Assembly: GCA_041686375.1 (NCBI GenBank)
Contig: JAWLEB010000004.1
Coordinates: forward strand, 45,672-109,671
From: Bacteroidales bacterium
Lineage (GTDB): Bacteria > Bacteroidota > Bacteroidia > Bacteroidales > UBA12077
DNA length: 64,000 bases
Direction of reading: 5' to 3'
Part shown: in pieces, positions 27,250-37,996 of the stretch
Layout of the letters: every line of letters begins with the position of its first letter
Position numbering within the stretch: position 1 is the first letter of the stretch
Made by a program: the position numbers and the translations under genes
Notes under the pieces: model-generated
The model's database searches: none
Told to the model about the DNA's origin: nothing
The model's input: only the letters and a program-made list of their open reading frames with translations

Positions 27250-27276
27250 CCGGCTTGAACAAGAGGCTCAAGCCGG
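27250..27276. terminator. Bidirectional hairpin between convergent genes
   Basis: ccggcttga / tcaagccgg form a 9-bp perfect stem with a 9-nt loop, flanked by A-rich sequence on one side and T/A-rich on the other. Confidence 0.65.
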
Positions 27277-27324
27277 ACTATATCCGAATAATTTTATCTT
27301 TCCTGATTACACTTTAAATAACCT

Positions 27325-28461
27325 TTATTCTATATCCAGCTTATTGGCTATCTCGTCAGGTATCGCATCTTTGTGTACCATGATAGCGATGGTGTTTAAT
27401 TCAGCATATGGTTCTGACATATAAAGAAATCCATCATATTCATTGCTGTCTTCTCCCCAAGAATTTTTAGTGACAAAATAGGACTTCCCGTTTTTGTCTT
27501 TTCCTATACCCGTTAGATGCATAAGATGGTCATCTGTCGTTGTAAAATTGTTAAATAATTTTTGCCTGTATTCCTGGTCTATATCTTTTTCCTTAACAGG
27601 TTTATTTTTGAAATCAGCTTCTTCGTCTTCAGGTACAACAGCTATGCCATCGCCATGCGAAAAGCCTTCACTGCTTACATCGCCATCCCAAACCACTGAG
27701 TATCCATTTTCAATTGAATAATACATGACATCCATGAATTCATCAAGGGGAAGATTATAATACAGGTCATGTGACCAATTATCCGGAACTTCTAAAACGA
27801 AAGATTCATAAAAAGGCTGGTGGTTATAAGAAGTGATTTCAACATAATCATCCGGATTTATTTCCAGAAATTCGGCAAAAGACTTTGGCGTAAATGTTTT
27901 GCCCTGATATTCAAACTCCTCTGGTGTTTTACCCAGATAAGAGTCTAATACAGACTGGTATGCATCTTCCCATACCGGAGAGGGATTACTCCTTCTGTTT
28001 TCAACCAGCGGCTCCAGAAAACCTTTCAAAACTGAAACCAGTTCGGAATGCTGATGAGTATCTCCCCCATACTTAATTCCGGGATATACTTCTTCAGGTA
28101 CTATACCATGTTGTTTGAATTCATAAATAGCATCATGAGCCTGCCCCCCCTGACCAAAATTGTTTTTGCCGTGAAAACGGACGTAGTGGTCTGCTTTCTT
28201 TTGATAAGTATTATGAACCAGGAACATTTCGGAAAGGTCATATTCCTCTTTTCCCATACGTAGCAATTCTGCTTCAAGAAAAGATACTGTGGTGAAACAC
28301 CAACAAGTACCAGTTCTGTCTTGACTTTTTACTGACGAGGTCTCTAATCTGTATTCGTCCGTAAATTCATACTCATTTTCTGCTTCTTGCGCTTTTACAA
28401 TAAAAGCCGTTAATGTGATAAATAAAACACTAATTGACAGGATTCTGATTTGTTTCTTCAT
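27325..28461 (-). CDS. C1-family cysteine peptidase (aminopeptidase C / bleomycin hydrolase-like), secreted
   Basis: 378 aa with a signal peptide. The catalytic Cys context is QDRTGTCWCF and a His region is present. Overlaps the upstream gene end by 32 nt. Confidence 0.8.
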   Translation of the reverse strand: MKKQIRILSISVLFITLTAFIVKAQEAENEYEFTDEYRLETSSVKSQDRTGTCWCFTTVSFLEAELLRMGKEEYDLSEMFLVHNTYQKKADHYVRFHGKNNFGQGGQAHDAIYEFKQHGIVPEEVYPGIKYGGDTHQHSELVSVLKGFLEPLVENRRSNPSPVWEDAYQSVLDSYLGKTPEEFEYQGKTFTPKSFAEFLEINPDDYVEITSYNHQPFYESFVLEVPDNWSHDLYYNLPLDEFMDVMYYSIENGYSVVWDGDVSSEGFSHGDGIAVVPEDEEADFKNKPVKEKDIDQEYRQKLFNNFTTTDDHLMHLTGIGKDKNGKSYFVTKNSWGEDSNEYDGFLYMSEPYAELNTIAIMVHKDAIPDEIANKLDIE

Positions 28462-29047
28462 TTGTTTTGGATTTATAATTATACACTGTTATACCTCCTG
28501 ATACTATAAATTTCATAATCTCTGAAGGAGAACCTTCTATTTTCTTGATATGTTCGCATGGCACGATAAATAATTCACCGGAAAAATTATAAGAATGGGG
28601 GAAATAAACAGCAGCTTTCTCTCCTTCTATCCCGATATTAGTAACGTCTTCCTGTGTCAGAAAGCCTAATTTTTCAAGGTTAGATATGGTATTGACTTGA
28701 ACGAGTACAGGCTGTGTAAATTTCTTCTTTTCTCCAACGAAACCTGAAAAAAGATCTTTTAAAGATGAGTAAATTATCTTGAGGAATGGAGTCTTACTGA
28801 TAAGTTTGCCTATAGTGGCTTTTACAGGGCGTGCGATTATTGTTTGCCCCAGAAATCCCAGTAAAGTTACAATAATAAGGATTGCAACCAGCCCTACACC
28901 CGGAATATTCATATTAAAGATTTGTTTAAAATAGGGTTGTAAGAGCCCGTCAGTAAATTTAAGCAGATTATATAATATTATCAGGGTAAGCCCTAACGGT
29001 GCTAAATACAGCAAGCCCTGCAAAAAATATTTTACTAATCTCTTCAT
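28430..29047 (-). CDS. DUF502 family membrane protein
   Basis: 205 aa with two TM helices and a conserved DUF502-like N-terminus (LLYLAPLGLT...FTD). Confidence 0.7.
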   Translation of the reverse strand: MKRLVKYFLQGLLYLAPLGLTLIILYNLLKFTDGLLQPYFKQIFNMNIPGVGLVAILIIVTLLGFLGQTIIARPVKATIGKLISKTPFLKIIYSSLKDLFSGFVGEKKKFTQPVLVQVNTISNLEKLGFLTQEDVTNIGIEGEKAAVYFPHSYNFSGELFIVPCEHIKKIEGSPSEIMKFIVSGGITVYNYKSKTNEETNQNPVN

Positions 29048-29135
29048 GGGTATCTACGAATTTTTATTGGACAATTTGAATATTAAATGGATTAATGCTC
29101 CCTACATAGTAATATTTTGTGCTTTAGTAAACAAG

Positions 29136-29531
29136 TCAGGTTAAAAGATTTGGCTGAAATGCATCCTCAATATGATGGATTTCCTGTTCCTTTTTATTGT
29201 ATATAAGAACAACATCAAAGCGAACATCCATGTTGATCTTACTGCTCATAACATACGCATCTGCGGCTTCAATTAAGAAACGCTGTTTCCTTTTGGTTAT
29301 CATATCATTGGGCGATTCAAATTGCTCTGAATTACGGGTTTTTACTTCCACAATGACTAGTCTGTCTCTATCTTTCATTATAATATCAATCTCTTTTTTC
29401 TTGTAACGCCAGTTCCTTTCCAATAATTCATAATTTTTTTTCATTAAATAATTTACAGCCGTTTCTTCTCCTTTGTTTCCTATATTCTTTCTTTCCATAT
29501 CAGCATTGTTTAGATTTGATTTTTTATACAT
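29136..29531 (-). CDS. YraN family (UPF0102) endonuclease-like protein
   Basis: GEETAVNYL...LERNWR...EIDII...VIVEVKTR pattern. Confidence 0.8.
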   Translation of the reverse strand: MYKKSNLNNADMERKNIGNKGEETAVNYLMKKNYELLERNWRYKKKEIDIIMKDRDRLVIVEVKTRNSEQFESPNDMITKRKQRFLIEAADAYVMSSKINMDVRFDVVLIYNKKEQEIHHIEDAFQPNLLT

Positions 29532-29659
29532 GCTACTTTGTCTGTAAATGTTGGGGTTCGTAAATGCAATAATTCAGGTTAAAAAAGCTTTCTGAATTGA
29601 ACAGGAACTGTTTTTTACTGTTTACGAAGACAAGTTATATAATTTTATTGGTTAAAGAT

Positions 29660-30313
29660 ATGGATTTTTTCAGGAATATAATATTAATCTTTATACTGAT
29701 AGTTACAGCAGATTTTAGCAGTAATGCGGAGAAAGATAATTTTGAAGGGTATGTTTCTTTAGAAAAAAGAACATGTTTTGATACGTTGCATATCCATTAT
29801 TATATTAAGAACAATAAAGTCAGAATAAACCATTACAACAGTGGAAATTTGATTAAGTCATTACTTGCAGAACTGAAAGAAGACAGTGTAATTGCTATAG
29901 ATCCTGAAAGAAAAATGTATAAAAGATTAGATTTAGAAAAAGAACGAAGTTATTCGGATGATAAAGAAAATTTAATAATTATCAAAACAGGAAATCACAA
30001 AACCATAAAAGGAACTAAATGCTACCAGTGGCGGGTAAAAGACAGGGAACGAAATAGTGAAATAGCTTATTGGGTTGCCTCAGAGGATTTTGATTTTATG
30101 CACAAACTAATTGGTTTATTGAGTCAAACAGATAAAATATACCACTATTTTTCACTTATACCCAACCATAAGGAATTTTTTCCTTTTGTCTCTGTCGAAA
30201 GAACATTAGTAAGAAAGGAGAAACAGCGGATTATTTTAACACAGATAGAGAGAAAAGATATTGATGACGACTTGTTTGAAATACTTTCCTCATATATTGA
30301 ATTCAAGCATTAA
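29660..30313 (+). CDS. Hypothetical secreted protein
   Basis: The internal ATG at 29660 gives a plausible signal peptide (MDFFRNIILIFILIVTADF). No family recognised. Confidence 0.5.
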   Translation: MDFFRNIILIFILIVTADFSSNAEKDNFEGYVSLEKRTCFDTLHIHYYIKNNKVRINHYNSGNLIKSLLAELKEDSVIAIDPERKMYKRLDLEKERSYSDDKENLIIIKTGNHKTIKGTKCYQWRVKDRERNSEIAYWVASEDFDFMHKLIGLLSQTDKIYHYFSLIPNHKEFFPFVSVERTLVRKEKQRIILTQIERKDIDDDLFEILSSYIEFKH

Positions 30314-31217
30314 AACTCATGCGAATTTTATTCCTGCTTTCCGGTACTATAGAAACAGTATCCCCCATTATCAGTGGTGAGTTGTTTTTTGTATGACCTC
30401 CAGGAAAATTGAAGAGAACAGGATAGTTGTATGAAGCTGTGACATTCTGGATAATCTCATAAGCATTTTGCCCGAATGGTGTTTCGTTATCATGCATCTC
30501 AGTCATTCCCCCAACGAGCAAAGCCCGCAGATTTGATAATTTCCCCCCTTTCTTAAGATTCATCATCATCCTGTCAATATGATATAAATATTCATCTACA
30601 TCTTCAATAAAAAGAATAGAGTCACTGGTATCAATGTCGTATGATGTCCCTCTCAGACTGTAAAGCACAGAAAGATTGCCTCCTGTAAGCTTCCCCTGTA
30701 TCTCGTGTAAAACGGTTTTATATGGTTCAGTTTGCCATGTTATTCCCGGAGTTTTACCAAATAAAATATCTTTTAACATTTGGGTAGTTTGGCTTTTTCT
30801 CGTTTCCCTGTTAATGTTATATGGCATGGGAGCATGCAGTGTTTTTATTTCCAGTTTTTGAGTAATATAAGAATGCAGAACGGTAATGTCGCTGAAACCC
30901 ACAAGCCACTTTGGATTATCACAGAAATCATCAAAAGAAAGATATTCCATAACCCGAATGGTTCCATAACCTCCTCTAGCACAAAATATGGCTTTTATTT
31001 CAGGGTTGTCCATCATCTTTTGCAAGTCAGAAGCACGCTCCGTTTCTGTGCCTGCAAACTGGTTGTGTTTTTTGTATAGGTTATCACCTGGATGGACATT
31101 TAACCCCCATGATTTATACAGTTCAATAGCTTCTTTTAATTCGGCCGGGCTGAGGCTTCTTGCCGGAGCCACTATACCAACAGTATCATTCTCATTTAAA
31201 TGAGGAGGTGTAATCAT
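30303..31217 (-). CDS. ldcA: LD-carboxypeptidase (peptidase S66)
   Basis: 304 aa with ARGGYGTIR and the GFSDITVLH nucleophile motif. Confidence 0.85.
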   Translation of the reverse strand: MITPPHLNENDTVGIVAPARSLSPAELKEAIELYKSWGLNVHPGDNLYKKHNQFAGTETERASDLQKMMDNPEIKAIFCARGGYGTIRVMEYLSFDDFCDNPKWLVGFSDITVLHSYITQKLEIKTLHAPMPYNINRETRKSQTTQMLKDILFGKTPGITWQTEPYKTVLHEIQGKLTGGNLSVLYSLRGTSYDIDTSDSILFIEDVDEYLYHIDRMMMNLKKGGKLSNLRALLVGGMTEMHDNETPFGQNAYEIIQNVTASYNYPVLFNFPGGHTKNNSPLIMGDTVSIVPESRNKIRMSFNA

Positions 31218-31364
31218 ATCAGTATAGTTTTGTGAACTTGCCGAATGAAAAAATAAAAAATAATCATATTAAACATCTATAAAAACGAACTATTATAAAA
31301 TATTTTTCTTAACTATATTTGTCGGGTAAAGTTATATATTTCAAATTTCAGGAAAAATAATGTT

Positions 31365-33413
31365 ATGCAATATACAAAAAGATACTTGATTACAGCAGCG
31401 CTTCCATATGCTAATGGGCCTTTGCACATTGGCCATATTGCAGGCGCCTATCTTCCTGCGGATATATACGTTAGATATTTAAGATTAAAGGGTAAGGAAG
31501 TTGCTTTTATATGTGGTTCAGATGAACATGGTGTGCCTATCACATTACGCGCTCGTAAAGAAGGAATTTCACCACAGGAGATTGTTGACAGGTTTCATCA
31601 AATTAACAAGGAAGGATTTGAACGTTTGGGCATTGAGTTTGATATGTATCATCGTACTTCTGATCCTTTACATCATAAAACAGCCTCGGATTTTTTTCTG
31701 AAACTCCATGAGAAAAGGGAATTCATCGAAAAAGAAGAAGAACAATTTTACGATGCGAAGGAAGGTCAGTATCTGGCCGACCGATATATTACAGGAACCT
31801 GTCCGAAGTGTAATTATGAGAATGCCTATGGCGACCAATGTGAGCAATGTGGAGCCAGTTTGAGCCCAAAAGAATTAATTAATCCAAAGTCCATGCTTTC
31901 TGGTAATGAGCCCGTACGAAGGAAAACCAAACATTGGTATTTACCCTTGGATAAATACCAAAAAGAATGGCTGGAAGAATGGATTGACAGTCATAAAGAG
32001 GACTGGAAATCGAATGTTTATGGACAATGCAAGTCATGGCTAACACAAGGACTTCAACCACGTGCTGTTACCCGAGATTTAGAGTGGGGTATTCCGGTTC
32101 CTTTGAAAGACGGAGAGGGAAAAGTATTGTATGTATGGTTCGATGCCCCAATTGGATATATATCTGCAACGAAGGCATGGGCAGAAGAAAAAGGAAAAGA
32201 CTGGGAATTGTTTTGGAAGGACGAAGATACGCGTTTAATTCACTTCATCGGAAAAGACAATATTGTTTTCCATTGTTTAATATTCCCATCTATGTTGAAG
32301 GCACATGGTGAGTATATCTTGCCTGATAATGTTCCTGCCAACGAGTTTTTAAACCTTGAGGGGCAAAAGCTTTCTACCTCAAGAAACTGGGCCGTATGGG
32401 TGAATGAGTTTGTTGACGATTTCCCCGGTAAAGTGGATGTCCTCCGTTATACATTGAGTGCCAACTTTCCCGAGCAAAAGGACAATGATTTTACCTGGAA
32501 AGATTTTCAGGCGAAAAATAATAATGAGTTGGTGGCTGTCATGGGCAATTTTGTTAATCGTGCATTGGTACTTACCAAAAAATATTTTAATAAAAAAGTT
32601 CCTGAATGTGGCGATTTAACAGACTATGACAGGGAAATACTGGCTAAGGCGGTGCAGATTAAAAATGACCTGGAGAATCGAATTGAAAACTTTAAATTCC
32701 GGGAGGCAGTTAAAATTTCTATGGATATGGGGCGGTTAGGAAATAAATATCTGGCGGATACTGAGCCGTGGAGCTTGTATAATAAAGATCCGGAGCGTGT
32801 CAAAACTATTATGAATATATCTTTGCAGATTACGGCGAGTTTGTCCATTATCATAGAACCTTTTCTGCCATTCACTGCAGAAAAATTGCGTGATTTTTTG
32901 AATATAGAACGACTAAATTGGAATTTGGCTGGTAAATCTGAAATCTTAAAGCCCGGGCATGAAGTGAAGAAACCCAAACATCTTTTTCAAAAAATTGAAA
33001 ACAAGGAGGTTGAGAAACAAGTGGAAAAACTTAAAGAGGCAAGAAAGAAGAAGGAGCAGGAAGAAAAAGGACTGGAACCTGCCAAAGAAGATGTCAGTTT
33101 TGATGATTTTACTAAGCTGGATATCCGGGCAGGAAAAGTCATGGAAGCCGAAAAAGTACCCAAAACAAAAAAATTGTTGAAATTGAAGGTAGATACAGGC
33201 ATTGATCAACGTACTGTTGTTTCGGGAATAGCAGAATACTTTAAGCCTGAAGACATTACAGGTAAACAGGTTAGTATAGTGGTGAATCTTGCTCCAAAGA
33301 AAATAAAAGGGATAGAATCTCACGGTATGATATTGATGGCTGAAGATAAGGAAGGAAAATTTGTTTTTGTGGCTCCGGAGAAAGATATAGAGGCTGGATC
33401 AATAATAAAATAG
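31365..33413 (+). CDS. metG: Methionine--tRNA ligase with a C-terminal tRNA-binding domain
   Basis: 682 aa with the HIGH motif PLHIGH, a KLSTSR (KMSKS-like) motif, zinc knuckles CPKC...CEQC, and a C-terminal DIRAGKV...VVSGIA OB-fold. Confidence 0.96.
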   Translation: MQYTKRYLITAALPYANGPLHIGHIAGAYLPADIYVRYLRLKGKEVAFICGSDEHGVPITLRARKEGISPQEIVDRFHQINKEGFERLGIEFDMYHRTSDPLHHKTASDFFLKLHEKREFIEKEEEQFYDAKEGQYLADRYITGTCPKCNYENAYGDQCEQCGASLSPKELINPKSMLSGNEPVRRKTKHWYLPLDKYQKEWLEEWIDSHKEDWKSNVYGQCKSWLTQGLQPRAVTRDLEWGIPVPLKDGEGKVLYVWFDAPIGYISATKAWAEEKGKDWELFWKDEDTRLIHFIGKDNIVFHCLIFPSMLKAHGEYILPDNVPANEFLNLEGQKLSTSRNWAVWVNEFVDDFPGKVDVLRYTLSANFPEQKDNDFTWKDFQAKNNNELVAVMGNFVNRALVLTKKYFNKKVPECGDLTDYDREILAKAVQIKNDLENRIENFKFREAVKISMDMGRLGNKYLADTEPWSLYNKDPERVKTIMNISLQITASLSIIIEPFLPFTAEKLRDFLNIERLNWNLAGKSEILKPGHEVKKPKHLFQKIENKEVEKQVEKLKEARKKKEQEEKGLEPAKEDVSFDDFTKLDIRAGKVMEAEKVPKTKKLLKLKVDTGIDQRTVVSGIAEYFKPEDITGKQVSIVVNLAPKKIKGIESHGMILMAEDKEGKFVFVAPEKDIEAGSIIK

Positions 33414-33529
33414 GAAAACAAAAGGGGAGTTCAGGTGAAGAATGCTAAAACAATTCTTGATACCGGTTAGTGCTGGAGACATAAAATAATGAGTCAAGTC
33501 CAAAAGGGGCAAAGTCCCGAAATGTATAA

Positions 33530-33560
33530 ACACAGGGTACTGCGAAACCCTGTGTATTTA
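33530..33560 (+). terminator. Hairpin downstream of metG
   Basis: acacaggg / ccctgtgt form an 8-bp perfect stem with a 10-nt loop, followed by attta. Confidence 0.5.
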
Positions 33561-33855
33561 TCGTGGTGATCCGAAATATCTGCCATACTTCACCTCCGGC
33601 CCGTTCATGGGCTTCAAATCAATAACGGAGGTCAGGAATTTCTCTAAACACAAAAAAATAAGCAGGTATCATGTATCTTTTCAACATATTAATCTGTTGA
33701 AATAAAGCCTGTTAAAGCGTTTATGTATATAGGAGGTTAAAAGTACTTTGTTACATGGTGCAATTTTTAACATGTTATAAATCACATTATAAATTTTTGA
33801 TTTATATTATATTCGCATCAGGAAACTGGAATAAAAACTAATTAAAACATTCAAT

Positions 33856-34806
33856 ATGAAGAAAATACTTGTCATTGGAGCTGCAGGTCAAATTGGAACT
33901 GACCTTACTATTGAATTACGGAGCCTGTTTGGTTCAGAAAGTGTTATTGCTACAGATATTAAAATGGCATCTGAAGAAATAATGGAGGGGGGGGCTTTTG
34001 AGAATCTGGATGCAATGAACAAGAAGCGTATAGCAGAAATTATTGAAGAATATAATATTACCGAAATTTATCACCTCGCTGCTATTCTTTCCGGAAATGC
34101 TGAAAAAAATCCTAAATGGGCATGGGATTTAAATATGAATAGTCTTTTTAATGTGCTTGATGTTGCAAGAGAGAAGTCCATTGATAAGATTTTCTGGCCA
34201 AGTTCAATGGGAGCATTTGGTCCGAGCACACCAGAATGGGATACACCACAGGTTACTGTAATGGAGCCTAATACAGTTTATGGTATTAGCAAGTTAGCCG
34301 GTGAGCGCTGGGTGGAATATTATTATGACAAGTATGGCCTGGATATTCGTAGTCTTCGTTATCCTGGTTTAATCAGTTGGAAGACAGAAGCAGGAGGTGG
34401 TACTACGGATTATGCGGTGGAGATTTTTTATGAAGCAATCAAGTGTGGAAAATATGAATGCTTCCTCTCGGAAGACATCGCCCTGCCGATGATGTATATG
34501 GATGATGCTGTTAAAGCTACCATACAAATTATGGAAGCTCCTGCTGAAAATATAAAAGTACGCTCAAGTTATAACCTGGGCGGAATTAGCTTTACCCCAA
34601 AAGAATTGGTTGAAGAAATCAAAAAATATATTCCGGAGCTGGAAGTAGTATATAAACCGGATTTTCGGCAGAAAATAGCCGAATCATGGCCGCGAAGAAT
34701 CAGTGATAAAGCTGCTCAAAAAGACTGGGGTTGGAAAGATGAATTCGACCTGGAAAAAATGACGAAAGTTATGGTGGCAAACATCAGAAAGAAACTGGGT
34801 AAGTAA
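33856..34806 (+). CDS. NAD-dependent epimerase/dehydratase family protein (SDR-type L-threonine 3-dehydrogenase-like)
   Basis: 316 aa with an N-terminal Rossmann VIGAAGQIG and a YGISK catalytic Y-x-x-x-K. Confidence 0.75.
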   Translation: MKKILVIGAAGQIGTDLTIELRSLFGSESVIATDIKMASEEIMEGGAFENLDAMNKKRIAEIIEEYNITEIYHLAAILSGNAEKNPKWAWDLNMNSLFNVLDVAREKSIDKIFWPSSMGAFGPSTPEWDTPQVTVMEPNTVYGISKLAGERWVEYYYDKYGLDIRSLRYPGLISWKTEAGGGTTDYAVEIFYEAIKCGKYECFLSEDIALPMMYMDDAVKATIQIMEAPAENIKVRSSYNLGGISFTPKELVEEIKKYIPELEVVYKPDFRQKIAESWPRRISDKAAQKDWGWKDEFDLEKMTKVMVANIRKKLGK

Positions 34807-34947
34807 AGTTTATGAAAAATACAGGGTAGAGTTTTGACCTTTCTGCTGATTTTAGAAATGGAGTAATATGTTTTTATATTTTTTTGTGAGTTTATTTTTT
34901 GTGCGGGAATATATGCAGAATGTGAATACGCGATTGCTAATCAAAAA

Positions 34948-34976
34948 AGAACCACCGAATTCAGGGCGGTTCTTTT
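34948..34976. terminator. Hairpin between convergent genes (tdh-like and waaA)
   Basis: agaaccacc / ggcggttct pair at 8 of 9 positions, with an A-run before and a T-run after. Confidence 0.6.
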
Positions 34977-35184
34977 AGAGGCTATTATTTTTTAAAGATT
35001 TTTATTCCTGAGAGTAGGGTTTATTTAATGTATGGCCAACTTTTTATCCAGTTTTTCTTTGAGTTCTCTGTTGGATTTACAAGCGGCAAATATGTTATTT
35101 AATTTTATCTTATGATTAAGTTAAGCAATTATTTTTCTATGATTTTACCTATGCTCTATTGGTGATATATATCATTTCTCTATC

Positions 35185-36417
35185 TTAATTTCCAAAGACA
35201 TTCTGCATTATCTGCTCTGTTGCTCCCGCATTTTGCCCAATATATTTACCTGCCACTTTGCCTGCCTTGCTTAAAAATTCAGGATTATTCATAAACCGGT
35301 TAAATATTGATTCCAACGAGTGATAATCATGGATTGAAAAACCGCCTCCAACGTCAATTAAATCATTTGCTTCCTTAAATTTTTTATAGTTTGGCCCAAA
35401 TACCACGGGGATATTCCATGTTGCAGCTTCTGCCAGGTTATGTATACCTTTGCCAAATCCTCCGCCTATATAAGCAAAATCACCATATCGGTACAAAGAA
35501 GCCAACAGTCCTATACAATCAATAATTAAAACATCTGTACCGGAAACATTTTCTCCCTCAGCTTTTGAATACCTGATAACTTTATAGTCTTTAAGGTTGT
35601 AGATTATTCGTTCAATATTATTTTCTTCTACTTTATGAGGGGCTACAATCATTTTAAAAAAGGTTTCATGCTGCCGGTAATAATTTAAAAGCAAGTCTTC
35701 ATCTTTTTTCCATGTGCTCCCTGCTACAAGCAACGGATGTTGTCCTTTAAATTTTTTCACCACCGGAATCGATTTTGCTTCCTCTGCTAATTGCACAACC
35801 CTGTCAAGCCTTGTATCACCTGACAATAATACCCTCTTGAATCCATAGCTGGATAATAATTTGTACGATGCAGTTTCCTGTACAAAAATCCATTGAAACC
35901 AGCCAAGCATTTTTCGAAACGGTTTACCGTACCATTGGAAAAAATACTGGCTTTTGCGGAAAATTCCGGAAATAAGGTATGTTTCAATACCCTTTCTGTG
36001 TAACTCCCGCAAAAGAAAATACCAAAATTCATATTTTATAAAAAATACTTTATCCGGTTTAACAATTTCTAAAAATTTTCTTGCATTGTGGGGTGTATCA
36101 AGAGGTAAATACGTTACATAGTCTGCATATAAATAATTTTTCCGAATTTCATAACCCGACGGGGAAAAGAAGGTTAGTAAAATTTTATACTCAGGATATT
36201 GGGTTTTTATTTTTTCTATTAAAGGTCGTCCTTGTTCAAACTCTCCTAAAGAGGAACAGTGGATCCATATTAGCAGGGAGGAACGGTCAATACGATATAA
36301 AGATTCCCACAAAAATTCTCTGCCCTTTATAAATTTTGAAGCTTTCGGATTAAAAAACGATGCTACATTTGCAGCTATCTTAAACAGAAAAATGCCGAGT
36401 CTATATAAAAAAATCAT
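35185..36417 (-). CDS. waaA: 3-deoxy-D-manno-octulosonic acid (Kdo) transferase
   Basis: 410 aa with WIHCSSLGEFEQGRPLI and GGSF-like GGGFGKGIHN motifs of the Kdo transferase family. Confidence 0.88.
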   Translation of the reverse strand: MIFLYRLGIFLFKIAANVASFFNPKASKFIKGREFLWESLYRIDRSSLLIWIHCSSLGEFEQGRPLIEKIKTQYPEYKILLTFFSPSGYEIRKNYLYADYVTYLPLDTPHNARKFLEIVKPDKVFFIKYEFWYFLLRELHRKGIETYLISGIFRKSQYFFQWYGKPFRKMLGWFQWIFVQETASYKLLSSYGFKRVLLSGDTRLDRVVQLAEEAKSIPVVKKFKGQHPLLVAGSTWKKDEDLLLNYYRQHETFFKMIVAPHKVEENNIERIIYNLKDYKVIRYSKAEGENVSGTDVLIIDCIGLLASLYRYGDFAYIGGGFGKGIHNLAEAATWNIPVVFGPNYKKFKEANDLIDVGGGFSIHDYHSLESIFNRFMNNPEFLSKAGKVAGKYIGQNAGATEQIMQNVFGN

Positions 36418-36708
36418 TAGCGTTTTTCACAAAAATAAAATAAATCCACCGGTCAAAAAATTTATAAACAAACTTATTCACTGATATCCATAAATATTTA
36501 ATAAACAATCGTTTACTTACTCTAAACAATTGTTAATTTTTTTGGATCCTATAGAGAAAGCCTATAAAATCTCAATTTTTTCTTGGATTATTAAAATATT
36601 TTATACTTTTATGGTACCAAAGATGTATTTTCTTGGTACCCCTATAACCTTAAAGCTAGTTCTAAGGCCTTCAGTAAATGTCTGGAGGTCTTGATTTTTG
36701 GCACAATA

Positions 36709-37074
36709 TTAACCTGCAGTTTCTACGGGCAATTGGGAGAAACCATATAGCCAACATAAGGTGATAAGCAAAAAGCGGCTATATAAAAAACAATTTCCTG
36801 CACCCTTACGATACAGGAATTTTTCCTCACTGTCTTCATAACGATTTTGATTATACCAGGCTACTTCTGAAATAGTCTCAGCTCCACTGAAAATTTAATC
36901 CCATGGTGATGCGTTATTTTTTATATTGAAAAGACCGGATAATATTTCTTGCAAAAGCCTTATCCTGGTTTCTTAAAACTTAGCATTATCAAGCAATTTG
37001 TCTAATATCTCAATATTACCTAATTGAGTTTTTTTTTCATTTCCATACAATAGTTGGTTTTTAATATTTTTGAC
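36709..37074 (-). pseudogene. Decayed ORF fragment: a 122-codon frame with two internal stops; weak similarity to the central conserved region of type I R-M HsdS
   Basis: Hand translation of one minus-strand frame gives VKNIKNQLLYGNEKKTQLGNIEILDKLLDNAKF*ETRIRLLQEILSGLFNIKNNASPWD*IFSGAETISEVAWYNQNRYEDSEEKFLYRKGAGNCFLYSRFLLITLCWLYGFSQLPVETAG*. That is far fewer stops than expected in AT-rich noncoding DNA. Confidence 0.3.
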
Positions 37075-37299
37075 TTATTATAATCCTTGTAATAAGTAAA
37101 TTTTAAGTCTTAACCCTCACCTGTCATGAAAATAGAATATTAACGCATCACTGGTAATTGTTTGTTATTAAAATAAACTGTATTAGTAGTAAAGGTAGAA
37201 AGTTTCAGAATTATTCCTTAGGAATGCCATTCATCGCAATATTTATAATTTTTTGACGTAATTAATTATATGAATTCTATTTTGTAATTTTGCATAAAC

Positions 37300-37767
37300 A
37301 TGTATCTGGGAAATATGAAAAGAGAAGATTACGAAAAATCGCGCATATTTAAGGAATACTCAGCTAAGCCGCATAGAAAAAAAGAAGAACAGGTGAATTT
37401 TGCTGTCCGATTTGCCGACAACGCCAAGCATTCACTGGATGAGTTTTTAGAAGGCATGGGAGAAGAGTATGACGAAACAATTGAAATGGCAAAATTCTTC
37501 TATAAATATCTGGAAAACAAACTTCATCTCAAGGAAAGAAAAACCCCTCCAACTAAAGAGGAAGTGAAAGATGCCATAGAACAATTAAAAGACATGGGTA
37601 GAGTTGGTGTATTTGCTTCTGTTTCTATATTACCAGGAGGAGGTTTATCCTTGCTTGGACTGGAAATTTTAGCCCGGAAATTAGGGGTAAAAAATTTCTC
37701 GTTTATTCCCTCTGCCTTCCGTAAACGTTTGTATAAAAACTCCAATAATAATTCAGCAAAGAATTAA
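37300..37767 (+). CDS. Hypothetical protein (155 aa)
   Basis: ORF with a Gly-rich hydrophobic segment (VFASVSILPGGGLSLLGLEIL). An alternative ATG lies at 37315. No family recognised. Confidence 0.45.
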   Translation: MYLGNMKREDYEKSRIFKEYSAKPHRKKEEQVNFAVRFADNAKHSLDEFLEGMGEEYDETIEMAKFFYKYLENKLHLKERKTPPTKEEVKDAIEQLKDMGRVGVFASVSILPGGGLSLLGLEILARKLGVKNFSFIPSAFRKRLYKNSNNNSAKN

Positions 37768-37996
37768 TAAGTGTTTTCACAAACTTACCTACTGTTGACC
37801 CCAACCAATTAATTAAAGCGGCCTATATCCCGGATTAATCATAAGAATAACTGAGTCGTATCTGGTTTTTCTCTATAAATCAGCAATGAAGATTTTTAGA
37901 CTTTTAAACAATTCTGAATGTAATAAACTGCAATACAGTGTGTCTAATAGGGGTGTAAGAAACAGAATTGTTAAACAATTAAATAAATCAAATGAT

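Noticed and set aside
33475-33512. GGAGA ... CCAAAAGGGGCAA, reminiscent of the glycine riboswitch core (GGAGAG ... CACCGAAGGGGCAA), upstream of the threonine dehydrogenase-like gene
   Set aside because: I could not build P1 or P2. The 3' CUCAGGCAAAAGGAC-type segment is absent. The downstream bases are better explained by the strong acacaggg/ccctgtgt hairpin. The site also lies more than 340 nt from the start codon.
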